A stretch of DNA of 20,000 nt from an uncultured virus (IMG/VR IMGVR_UViG_3300003690_000005) (taxonomy: Duplodnaviria; Heunggongvirae; Uroviricota; Caudoviricetes): the IMG/VR virus record IMGVR_UViG_3300003690_000005, one strand, 5' to 3'. Positions 1 to 8,031 of this stretch are shown in pieces. Position numbers and translations under genes: made by a program. The notes beneath the pieces were generated by a model. That model made no database searches, was not told where the DNA came from, and saw only the letters and a program-made list of their open reading frames with translations. Numbering within the stretch: the first letter of the stretch is position 1; each line of letters begins with the position of its first letter.

Positions 1-1
1 T

Positions 2-1024
2 TCTAGTGACATAATTAATACATTTGAAACTGCGAAATCGTTTGCTCCGAATTGTCCTATTATCGTTATAACGGCTTATGATGATAAAAATATTGCAATA
101 CAGGCTTTAGGAAATGGTGCTCAAGACTATCTTTTAAAAGATTCTTTAAATCCAGATGTACTTGAAAGAACAATTAAATATGCTGTGATTAGGTTTGATT
201 TACTAAAAGACATACAAACACAACACGAGCGGTTAGAATCTCTAAATAAAGAATTAAGTGCTTTTGCTTATGTGGCTGCTCATGCACTAAAAGAGCCATT
301 ACGAACTGTTTCGAATTATATATCTATTTTTTCTGATAAAAACCAGGATATAGTTGACGCAGAAAGTTCTGCGTATATAGATAAGATATTGATTGCTAAT
401 CGGCATTTAAACGAATTAATTTCTGGTCTTCTAGAATATTCTAAAGTATCTAAACCGCAATACCATATAGTAAACATAAAACATGTGTGTGACGGGGTAA
501 TGTTGATGCTGAAAGACATCATAGAGGATAGTAGAGTTCTGATTTCGTGTAGCGATTTGAACCATAATATACTATGTGACCAGTTGCAATTAGCTCAGGT
601 ATTTCAGAATTTAATATTAAATGCTATTAAATTTCAAGATGTTACTCGTACTGTTGAGATTAATGTTTTGTTTGTAGAAAGACATAGTTATTATGAATTT
701 TCTGTAAGTGATAACGGACAAGGTGTAGATAAAAAAGATTTCAAAAGTATTTTTTATATGTTTAATAAAGGCTCGCAAAGGTGTACAATGGGAAGTGGCA
801 TCGGCTTGTCTGTTTGTCGTAAAATTGTGGAAAGACATGGAGGTAAAATGTGGGTTGATTCTGAAAAAGGTGTTGGTAGTACTTTTTATTTTACAATCTC
901 TAAGGAAATTATAAATGGAGATAATGGACATAATGGAAGATCGGAAATAGAGGATATGTTGCATGATGTGAAAAATGGAGTTCGTAATAAACAATATGAG
1001 AATGCTCTTGCTTTAGCCATTTGA
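2..1024 (+). CDS. Hybrid receiver domain-sensor histidine kinase (REC-HisKA-HATPase), 5' end outside window
   Basis: Frame is open from base 2. Upstream of the listed ORF it reads ...PIIVITAYDD...GAQDYLLKDSL, the C-terminal half of a REC domain. H-box FAYVAAHALKEPLR, N-box NLILNAIKF, G1 DNGQG, G2 GSGIGL. Confidence 0.93.
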   Translation, partial: SSDIINTFETAKSFAPNCPIIVITAYDDKNIAIQALGNGAQDYLLKDSLNPDVLERTIKYAVIRFDLLKDIQTQHERLESLNKELSAFAYVAAHALKEPLRTVSNYISIFSDKNQDIVDAESSAYIDKILIANRHLNELISGLLEYSKVSKPQYHIVNIKHVCDGVMLMLKDIIEDSRVLISCSDLNHNILCDQLQLAQVFQNLILNAIKFQDVTRTVEINVLFVERHSYYEFSVSDNGQGVDKKDFKSIFYMFNKGSQRCTMGSGIGLSVCRKIVERHGGKMWVDSEKGVGSTFYFTISKEIINGDNGHNGRSEIEDMLHDVKNGVRNKQYENALALAI

Positions 1025-1390
1025 CATACTCCCACAACTAAAGTACATGAGATTCTAGGATACAAGCGAAAAATGCTTTTAACAACATTACATTGTTAAA
1101 AGACTGACAAGACAATGCCCTGTCTTGTTATCCTGAAGATCAGGATAAATTCTTGTCAGAGTTTTATTTCTTAAGGCTTCTCAGTATATTAAGTAAATGT
1201 TGTTTTACCAATCTTTTCACTATGATTTCTCTAAAAAACTGAGAGTAGCTATTCAAACTTTTGCACCAGTGTTCTGTTTTTATCTGGCAACCAGTACTTG
1301 ACTTGTCAAAGAACTAACTATATTATCGATATAAGAGTATGAATTTCTTTAATATAATTTTACGAATAAATTCGTGGGTTTTCTTGAAAA
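1021..1390 (-). mobile_element. Non-autonomous IS200/IS605-derived element (no TnpA/TnpB ORF) with structured interior
   Basis: Minus strand ends in AGAATCTCATGTACTTTAGTTGTGGGAGTATGTCAA (right-end-like imperfect hairpin ending TCAA) and begins TTTTCAAGAAAACCCACGAATTTATTCGT (left-end-like), preceded by TTAT. Several internal perfect stems. Exact left boundary is inferred. Confidence 0.72.
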
Positions 1391-1406
1391 ATAACTTATA
1401 AACAAT

Positions 1407-1478
1407 GTCGCCTTAGTTTAATGGCAGAATATCTCCCTTTCAAGGAGATGGTGGCGGGTTCAACTCCCCCAGGCGGCA
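1407..1478 (+). tRNA. tRNA-Glu(TTC)
   Basis: Acceptor GTCGCCT/AGGCGGC, anticodon arm TCTCC-CTTTCAA-GGAGA, T arm GCGGG-TTCAACT-CCCCC (one mismatch). CCA not encoded. Confidence 0.85.
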
Positions 1479-1500
1479 TTTTTTTTTGAAAGGATTAGAT

Positions 1501-2181
1501 ATGTCACAAGTTTTAGAATTCCTGACCCCGACAAATGGTATTGATATCGCAGAAGAAATCATATATAGATTAACCGAAGAGGCAACTCCAGAAAATATGC
1601 ACTGTGAATATGATGTATCACATGGCAGAGTTGTAGGGTCAAGTGCAAACACTTGGTTTGTCTTTGATACCGTAGATGGTGAAATTATAGATGAATTTAA
1701 AACGAATATTTTTTCTTTTAATTTAACAGATGAAGAAAAAGAGGCAGTTAATAAATTTAAAAATGATATTATTCAATATATCAAGGATACTGGGATAGAT
1801 GCTATTAGAGGGAAAATAAGAGAAGTGTTAATTCCTGATAGCGATCCAGACATGATGCCTTTACATGAGATTAGGATAACGGATGTAGAAATTGTTGATT
1901 ATTCTTCAGTTCCTTTTTATCATAGGTTTTTAATAAAATTGAAGAAGATACAAGGGACGAACATTGATACTGAAGCAGTTATAAGAATGCTTGCCGATTA
2001 TCAAGAAGATACAGGTGAAAAAGACATGGATAAAGCTTTTAAAGCATTAAAAGATAAGCCTGAATTTGAAGGAGTTTTAGGTGTTGTTCAAGGAGAGAAA
2101 TTTTTGAATGATGTGAGCATAGCGATATTTGTTGATTATTCTTTCTCTGAAACAATCCTTGAAGCAATACAATCGAATTGA
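1501..2181 (+). CDS. Hypothetical acidic protein
   Basis: Long ORF; ATG at 1501 follows AAGGA and is preferred over TTG at 1486. No recognised motif. Confidence 0.8.
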   Translation: MSQVLEFLTPTNGIDIAEEIIYRLTEEATPENMHCEYDVSHGRVVGSSANTWFVFDTVDGEIIDEFKTNIFSFNLTDEEKEAVNKFKNDIIQYIKDTGIDAIRGKIREVLIPDSDPDMMPLHEIRITDVEIVDYSSVPFYHRFLIKLKKIQGTNIDTEAVIRMLADYQEDTGEKDMDKAFKALKDKPEFEGVLGVVQGEKFLNDVSIAIFVDYSFSETILEAIQSN

Positions 2182-2219
2182 AATTTCTTCTCCAGAATTA
2201 AAATATCTGTTTTAACACA

Positions 2220-2250
2220 GCAGCGATGGTGAAATCGGTATCACATAATG
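2220..2250 (+). pseudogene. tRNA 5'-half fragment (Leu/Ser/Tyr-type D arm)
   Basis: GCAGCGA-TG-GTG-AAATCGGTAT-CAC gives an acceptor 5' strand plus D arm. No matching 3' half (TCGCTGC) or T arm nearby. Confidence 0.5.
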
Positions 2251-2271
2251 ATTTATTTTAACGAAAAGGTG

Positions 2272-2305
2272 ACTCCTATGTAGGATACTACACTTACATA
2301 GGAGT
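2272..2305 (+). promoter_or_regulatory. 11-bp perfect hairpin occluding the Shine-Dalgarno of the ORF at 2311
   Basis: ACTCCTATGTA (2272-2282) is the reverse complement of TACATAGGAGT (2295-2305), which contains AGGAG just upstream of ATG 2311. Confidence 0.6.
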
Positions 2306-2310
2306 TAAAA

Positions 2311-2733
2311 ATGAGTTATAGCGCGTTGCGTCAGCCTCACACGACGCAAGAGAAACGTATGTGGTTTGCTTCTTTAGACGAAGCAGGTTGCAACTTATCT
2401 CGTGCCCGCAGAAGCCCAAGAAATTTAGCCGATGCTTGGGATGATATTGGTCGTAGTTCTCATAATTGTTGGAAACAGCACAGAAAAACACAATATCGTG
2501 TGAAAGATGCTTTCTCCAGAAGAAAAAAAGATAGTTCTATATATGGTGAGTCGATGAGCCGTAGAGATCACTGGCATCTTGAACATTACCGTTGTGAGTA
2601 CAAGAGATGTAAGTCGTGCATAAAAAGTGGTATTTGGAATGATTACGATAAGCAATTTGCTCGTCGAATGAAGAAAAAAGAGCCGCTTATTGTAGAGTAT
2701 TATTGGAATTTTTTGAATGGTCTCGTGGTGTAA
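2311..2733 (+). CDS. Basic hypothetical protein (RxPxTTQExR...AWDD...WKxxRKTQY pattern, recalled from phage hypothetical proteins)
   Basis: ORF with AGGAG RBS; its 3' end overlaps tRNA-Asp. Confidence 0.75.
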   Translation: MSYSALRQPHTTQEKRMWFASLDEAGCNLSRARRSPRNLADAWDDIGRSSHNCWKQHRKTQYRVKDAFSRRKKDSSIYGESMSRRDHWHLEHYRCEYKRCKSCIKSGIWNDYDKQFARRMKKKEPLIVEYYWNFLNGLVV

Positions 2734-2791
2734 TTTGGTAGCATGACAGATTGTCTATCTGTTGGTGCCGATTCGATTTAGGTCGAGATCG
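2719..2791 (+). tRNA. tRNA-Asp(GTC), somewhat degenerate
   Basis: Acceptor GGTCTCG/CGAGATC, discriminator G, anticodon arm ACAGA-TTGTCTA-TCTGT, T arm GCCGA-TTCGATT-TAGGT with a mismatch. Pyrimidine at position 37. Confidence 0.72.
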
Positions 2792-2811
2792 TTTAGTTAT
2801 AGGTTGAAACA

Positions 2812-3108
2812 ATGGAAGACGAACTAAAAGATAATTGGGAAAAGTGGTGTAAAAACCCTGAATTTACACATCTTGATCTAGGTGTATGGGGCAAAACAGG
2901 ACACAATGATGGTGGTTTTAAGATTCTGTGGGGCATAGAGGGTATCGGTTTTGGAGAACTTGTATTTGTTAAAAAAGGTGATAAGGTAGAATGTGACAAC
3001 GAAACAATGAGTGAAAAATTTTGTAGTATTGTTTTAGAGCAATTTTTAAAGAAAACGTTTTTCAGGAACGAAGTTCCAGACCACAAACTGACTGTAGAGG
3101 AAAAATAA
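2812..3108 (+). CDS. Hypothetical protein
   Basis: ORF abuts the next gene (TAA-ATG). Confidence 0.7.
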   Translation: MEDELKDNWEKWCKNPEFTHLDLGVWGKTGHNDGGFKILWGIEGIGFGELVFVKKGDKVECDNETMSEKFCSIVLEQFLKKTFFRNEVPDHKLTVEEK

Positions 3109-3363
3109 ATGGCTAAAAGTATGACAAAAAAGACTGAAGATAAGGTTGCGTTTACCACTCCAAGCCGGTATGGTTCTCATGCTGCTATGATTGATAACGA
3201 ACAAACAGAACAATTAAAAGATAAAAACCTTGTAGTTCTCAAAGACGACGCTGGTTCTTATGTTACAGAACGCAAAAGATTAGATTCAGGTGGAGCAGAT
3301 CCAAACCGTTACTCTTTACAAGAAACTAGAATATATTCTCTAGAAAAAGCTCTCAATGGCTAA
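3109..3363 (+). CDS. Hypothetical protein
   Basis: GAGG RBS; translationally coupled to ligA. Confidence 0.7.
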   Translation: MAKSMTKKTEDKVAFTTPSRYGSHAAMIDNEQTEQLKDKNLVVLKDDAGSYVTERKRLDSGGADPNRYSLQETRIYSLEKALNG

Positions 3364-5437
3364 AGACCTTTTTGAAGATCTTTTTGATTCCGAGTCTGTT
3401 ATTGTTGAAGCAGATGAGGCAAAACAACTTGAAACCCTCATAGAGCATTTAGATACGCTTTACGAGGCAGGTGAAGATTGCATACACCCTGACACAGAGC
3501 GGTTGGTTGCTGATGCTCAATACGATGATTATAAAAATAAGTTATTTAAAGCAAAACCTAATTCGTATATATTTGAAACAGTTACTGCATCTAAATTAGA
3601 TTCACAGGGAGGCATTGTTGTTCATGACCCTCCTATGACATCAATTTCTAAAATTAATGGTACAGACGAAGAGAAAGAAGAAGATCTTACAGAATGGTTA
3701 AAAGCGTCAGCAAAATCTGAAAAAGATTTTGTGATGGGATACAAACATGATGGAGTCGCATGTTCTTTATATTATAAGGATGGTGCTTTAGTATCAGCGG
3801 GACTCAGACCCAGAGATGGGATTCATGGTGAAAATGTTGTAGATAATGTTCAATTTGTTAAAGACGTGCCATTAGAATTGCCTGTTAAGGTCACATGTGT
3901 GATTAGAGGTGAGTTAGAGTGTCTTATCTCTGTATTTAACTCTCTTAATGGTAGCGACACAGTAGATCAAAGAGTCTTTGCTAATCCAAGAAATTATACA
4001 GCGGGAAGCGTTAGACAATTTAAAGACTGCCGTAAAACAGGGAAGAGAAATTTATCATTTACAGCATATTCTGTTGAGAATCTAGATAATCCGCCCTATA
4101 AGACAGAAATAGAAAGAGCAAAATGGGTTAGTGGTGTTCTTGGAATACCTTTTATTGAACTGGTTTATTTTAAGCACAAAAAATTAGAAGTCATGGAAGA
4201 GGTATCTGGCGATCTCGATTTTGAGGTTGATGGAATTGTTATTTCAGTCAATGATCTTGAAGAACAAGAACAATTAGGTAGGCATGGAGATCAAGCAACA
4301 GGAAACCCCAAAGGAAAGATAGCATGGAAATTCAGAGACGAAATCGCCAGAGTAATAGTTAAAAATATTCGTTGGCAAGCAGGTAGAACAGGAAAATTGA
4401 CTCCTGTGCTAGAATTTGATGCGGTTCAATTAGAAGGCACACAAGTAACTCAATGTACGGCCCACAATGCCGGTGTCATAATGACACATGCTATACAGTC
4501 TGGCGTGGAAGTCGAAATTAAAAAATCAGGGAAGATTATTCCTAAATTTGAAAGAGTTATTTCTAAAATAGATGGTACTTTTGACTTAAATGTTGATAAG
4601 TGTCCTTCGTGTGGATCTGCTGTTGCTATTAATAAAAGTGGTTCTAAAGATAAAGGCGACTGGACATGTGAATTTGTTTGTAAAAACAAAGAATGTCCAG
4701 CAAAGCACATCAAAGGTTTGATGCATTATTTAACAACGATTGGGGTTAAAGGACTTGCAGATAGCACAATTAAGAAATTAATAGAGAGCGGGTTGGTTAA
4801 GGTTAGATCAGATTTCTATTATCTTGATTTTAATGATTTACAGAATAAGGTTGGTTTTACTGAAAGACAATCTGCACTTATTTTGGCTAGAATATTTATG
4901 CTTTCTAGTCCAGAGAAAAATAAGGACACAGATAAACTTTTATTAGAAGCAAAGGATAAGAAAACAGTTTCTGTCCCTATAGAAAAGTTTATTGCTGCTT
5001 TAGGTATTATAGGTGCAAGCAAAGGAACTGCGAGAGCATTAGTTTCTCATTTTTCAGGTGATCTTAATAAAATAATGAATGCTTCTATAGATGAATTAGT
5101 AAAAGTTGAAGATATTGGAGAGAAAACAGCTATTGCTTTAGAGAAGTTTTTTGAAGATAATGATGGAGGAATTGATGAATTACTACGATTTGTAGAATTA
5201 GAGTTACCGAAGACTGGTAAATTAAGTGGTAAGACTTTTGTATTCAGCGGAAGTTTTCCAGATGGAAAAGAAACATGGCAAAACGCTGTTGCTGAATTAG
5301 GAGCGAAAATAGGAACCTCGGTATCTAACAAAACTGATTATGTTGTTATTGGTCCTGGTTCTGGTGCTAAAGAGAAAAAAGCTACAGAATTAGGAATAAC
5401 AAAATTAGACATTGAAGATCTACAGGAGATGTTGTAA
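3356..5437 (+). CDS. ligA: NAD-dependent DNA ligase
   Basis: Adenylation motif KHDG, RGE motif, FANPRN, EVDGIV, OB fold GRTGKLTPV, Zn finger CPSC...CxNxxC, HhH repeats, C-terminal BRCT (LSGKTFVFSG...SVSNKTDYVV). Confidence 0.97.
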   Translation: MAKDLFEDLFDSESVIVEADEAKQLETLIEHLDTLYEAGEDCIHPDTERLVADAQYDDYKNKLFKAKPNSYIFETVTASKLDSQGGIVVHDPPMTSISKINGTDEEKEEDLTEWLKASAKSEKDFVMGYKHDGVACSLYYKDGALVSAGLRPRDGIHGENVVDNVQFVKDVPLELPVKVTCVIRGELECLISVFNSLNGSDTVDQRVFANPRNYTAGSVRQFKDCRKTGKRNLSFTAYSVENLDNPPYKTEIERAKWVSGVLGIPFIELVYFKHKKLEVMEEVSGDLDFEVDGIVISVNDLEEQEQLGRHGDQATGNPKGKIAWKFRDEIARVIVKNIRWQAGRTGKLTPVLEFDAVQLEGTQVTQCTAHNAGVIMTHAIQSGVEVEIKKSGKIIPKFERVISKIDGTFDLNVDKCPSCGSAVAINKSGSKDKGDWTCEFVCKNKECPAKHIKGLMHYLTTIGVKGLADSTIKKLIESGLVKVRSDFYYLDFNDLQNKVGFTERQSALILARIFMLSSPEKNKDTDKLLLEAKDKKTVSVPIEKFIAALGIIGASKGTARALVSHFSGDLNKIMNASIDELVKVEDIGEKTAIALEKFFEDNDGGIDELLRFVELELPKTGKLSGKTFVFSGSFPDGKETWQNAVAELGAKIGTSVSNKTDYVVIGPGSGAKEKKATELGITKLDIEDLQEML

Positions 5438-5715
5438 TGGCTGTTATAGATGGACAAATAAACTTTAGTAGCCCTGCTTGTTTAGAACAGATGTCTTATT
5501 TGAAAAGTAGGTTAAACGAAGCATTAGATAGTTTGAGCGGTATACAGCAACCACCTATGTCTACAGATACTAAAGAGGTTTGGGATGAGCATGAAGAGAT
5601 GTGTGTCAAGGAAACAGAGAAGATTAGAGTAATTGCTGAGGAAATTTTTCTTGCTTTAACTGGGACTGGTTGCTTTGACTGTAATGAAGTTGTTGCAAAA
5701 ACTTATGACGATTAA
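5437..5715 (+). CDS. Hypothetical protein
   Basis: TAATG overlap with ligA; AGGAG RBS. Confidence 0.7.
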   Translation: MAVIDGQINFSSPACLEQMSYLKSRLNEALDSLSGIQQPPMSTDTKEVWDEHEEMCVKETEKIRVIAEEIFLALTGTGCFDCNEVVAKTYDD

Positions 5716-5720
5716 GTGTT

Positions 5721-5936
5721 ATGAACCATCCTCACCCAAAAATCTTTGAGTTATCTCCAGAAGAACTTGACGAAGCTTTAAGAGATTATATAATGAAGAA
5801 GTGTCCAGATGCTGTTTTGCCACCTAACCGAATAACCTGTAGCCACCCTGAACAATACTATGGTGGCAAAAGCTTTTATTATCCTGTTGTGGTGACGACG
5901 ACATATCACCACGACAAAGACAAAGAAAAAGGATGA
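5721..5936 (+). CDS. Hypothetical protein
   Basis: Tiles between neighbouring + strand ORFs. Confidence 0.6.
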   Translation: MNHPHPKIFELSPEELDEALRDYIMKKCPDAVLPPNRITCSHPEQYYGGKSFYYPVVVTTTYHHDKDKEKG

Positions 5937-5940
5937 GTCT

Positions 5941-6561
5941 ATGAGTTGTCTCTTCTCAGAACATGAAACAGAACACACTAGAAAACGATTATCTTCTCAT
6001 CCGAATCATTGTGGAGTATTTTTCAAGCAGTTGTTTATATGCATAGAGGAAGAGTGTGTGGAAACTCCTGATCGGCGTGTAGAGTTAAAGGTAGTGGATG
6101 GTAAATTTGTTTCAGATCGATACCAAGTTGCAATAACAGAAGAAGAGAAAACAGGGAAGTGTGTTGAGCACGGGATACATGTTCATGTGCATCGTGATCC
6201 GCTTCCCGAAGGTCCAGCGCCTTTTTGCTCTTCTCGTAGTCTGTACTGGAGTGTTAATGTAGAGGTAACAGGGCGTCTCGAATGTTTTGTATCTGCTGGC
6301 CGACGTTTTATTGTTAGTGGTGATGCTGGCCGACGTTTTATTGTTAGTGGTGATGCTGTGTTTACAGAAATAGAAATAAACAAAAAAGATTTTACAGATG
6401 CTCTGTTAAGTCAGATACCTGCAATGCATGAGCGTGGTATAGGAGAACCAGAGGTTCTTGTAAAAAGACTAGTTGATAAATATTTCCCAGAAGAAACTCC
6501 AGAAGAAATTGAAGAAGTGTATACCGAAGAAGTTGAACCTGAAGAACTAGTTTTAGTTTAA
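5941..6561 (+). CDS. Hypothetical protein with internal 10-aa duplication and acidic tail
   Basis: AAGGA RBS; AGRRFIVSGD occurs twice. Confidence 0.7.
   Translation: MSCLFSEHETEHTRKRLSSHPNHCGVFFKQLFICIEEECVETPDRRVELKVVDGKFVSDRYQVAITEEEKTGKCVEHGIHVHVHRDPLPEGPAPFCSSRSLYWSVNVEVTGRLECFVSAGRRFIVSGDAGRRFIVSGDAVFTEIEINKKDFTDALLSQIPAMHERGIGEPEVLVKRLVDKYFPEETPEEIEEVYTEEVEPEELVLV
6294..6358 (+). repeat. Perfect 30-bp tandem duplication (2 copies plus TGCTG)
   Basis: TGCTGGCCGACGTTTTATTGTTAGTGGTGA at 6294-6323 and 6324-6353. Confidence 0.95.
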
Positions 6562-6564
6562 ATT

Positions 6565-6900
6565 ATGTCAAAAACAAAAGTTGTTAATGTTAAAAAGAAA
6601 GATTTTGATGTCTATGTCGGCAGAGCAGTGCCTACTTATTACGATGCAAGGATACAAGCAGGTAGTGAATTCGCTAATCCATTTAGCATAAATGATCGGG
6701 TAACTAGAGATCAGGCTATTGAACAATACAGAGAACATATTATTAGTAAATTGAAAAAAAATCCTAAGTTGAGAAATCGGTTAATGCAAATGGAAGGTAA
6801 AAAATTAGGATGCTGGTGTAGTCCTCGTCGATGTCATGGCGATGTATTGGTTGAATTAATTGAAGAAAATGTCAAGAAAAGAGACGATGAAGTACTATAA
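6565..6900 (+). CDS. DUF4326 domain protein
   Basis: DVYVGR...GSEFANPF...GKKLGCWCSPRRCHGDVL signature. Confidence 0.88.
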   Translation: MSKTKVVNVKKKDFDVYVGRAVPTYYDARIQAGSEFANPFSINDRVTRDQAIEQYREHIISKLKKNPKLRNRLMQMEGKKLGCWCSPRRCHGDVLVELIEENVKKRDDEVL

Positions 6901-7006
6901 ACGTGTCGAATTGCAGATATGTATTATAGAGTTTATGTCGTTATTAATTCCTGTTTTATGTGGTTTATATTCATTCTATCAAGTTGGAATTTTAACTATT
7001 TTGTGA
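6887..7006 (+). CDS. Possible 39-aa hydrophobic peptide
   Basis: MKYYKRVELQICIIEFMSLLIPVLCGLYSFYQVGILTIL; overlaps the upstream stop codon and fills an intergenic gap. Weak. Confidence 0.3.
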   Translation: MKYYKRVELQICIIEFMSLLIPVLCGLYSFYQVGILTIL

Positions 7007-7075
7007 AAAAAATTAAAGGTTTGTATTACTGTAAATCGAACTTAGTCTTTAACACCCTTTTTTAGGAGTTTCGTT

Positions 7076-7939
7076 ATGTTTAAGTCTTTATGGGCATCGT
7101 TGGTGCTGCTTGTTGCAGCGAGTCTCTCGTTTGGAGGAGTGGAAATTGTGCAAGAGGATCCTGTGGATATCACAGGAACTTTTAGCGTGGACGTGCTGAC
7201 AAGTTATTTTGACAACGGCATATTGCAAGAAAATGCAGGAATTCTTATTCAGCCTGCACTTGAGTTTAATATTGCATTGCCGTTTGGTGATGGTTTGCTC
7301 GCAAACACTAGCGCAGTCGTAGGGACATGGCACAGCATTCATACAGATAGAACTGGATCTATACATGATTCAGTTGCGCCGTGGTATGAAGCTGATGTCT
7401 ATGTTGGATTAGAAAAAGGTATTGGCGACTTTACGACAGGTGCTTTTGTAGAAAGAGTTACAAGTCCCAGTGAAGCGTTTGAAGATTATACTGAATTTAA
7501 TTTTGCAGTAGCATATGATGATTCTAAGTGGTGGGGCGAGCCGATTCTCCCCGGTTTTAATGGTTTGCAGCCTTCTGCTAATGTAACGGTAGAAGCTGGT
7601 GGATCAGTAGATGGTTCTGAGGAAGGAACGCTGTTAATATTGGGTATTGAGCCAGGTGTTAATATCGTTGCAAGTGAAAGCCAACCAGTTAATTTATATG
7701 TACCTGTAAGTGTAGGAATTGATTTAAACGATTATTACCAGTCGTTCGACAGCGAAACTACAAGTGGCTTGGGTTATGTTGAAGCTGGCTTGAAGCTTCA
7801 AACTGTGTTGCCGTTTTTGAACAATGCGACTATTCATGCTGGTCCTTATCTCGTATATTTCGATAATGATGCTAGAGATTTGAGTGCTGGCGATGATTAT
7901 GAGGTTGTTGGAAAATTTGGACTTGAAATCCCATTTTAA
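7076..7939 (+). CDS. Outer-membrane beta-barrel protein (TorF/Gcw_chp-like putative porin)
   Basis: TAGGAG RBS, Sec signal peptide MFKSLWASLVLLVAASLSFG, amphipathic beta strands, WYEADVYVG, C-terminal Phe (GKFGLEIPF) typical of a BAM beta-signal. Confidence 0.78.
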   Translation: MFKSLWASLVLLVAASLSFGGVEIVQEDPVDITGTFSVDVLTSYFDNGILQENAGILIQPALEFNIALPFGDGLLANTSAVVGTWHSIHTDRTGSIHDSVAPWYEADVYVGLEKGIGDFTTGAFVERVTSPSEAFEDYTEFNFAVAYDDSKWWGEPILPGFNGLQPSANVTVEAGGSVDGSEEGTLLILGIEPGVNIVASESQPVNLYVPVSVGIDLNDYYQSFDSETTSGLGYVEAGLKLQTVLPFLNNATIHAGPYLVYFDNDARDLSAGDDYEVVGKFGLEIPF

Positions 7940-7982
7940 TCAAGTCTTTTTGTTGCTGTTCTCTTTATGAGAGGACACCTTG

Positions 7983-8015
7983 GCCACTATGCCTGCGGAG
8001 GCTTAGTGGCTTTTT
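7983..8015 (+). terminator. Rho-independent terminator
   Basis: GCCACTA-T-GCCT-GCGG-AGGC-T-TAGTGGC followed by TTTTT. Confidence 0.75.
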
Positions 8016-8031
8016 AATTTAGGAGATAACA

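Noticed and set aside
985..1024. Kinase C-terminus YENALALAI resembling an ssrA degron
   Set aside because: Lacks the terminal Ala-Ala; likely chance similarity.
3356..3365. Predicted guide start ATGGCTAAAG matches the first 10 nt of ligA (and 9 nt at 3109)
   Set aside because: Met-Ala-Lys starts are common, the match is short, and the adjacent bases are not the inferred TTAT motif.
6294..6358. 30-bp repeat as a CRISPR array
   Set aside because: Directly tandem, no spacer, lies inside a CDS.
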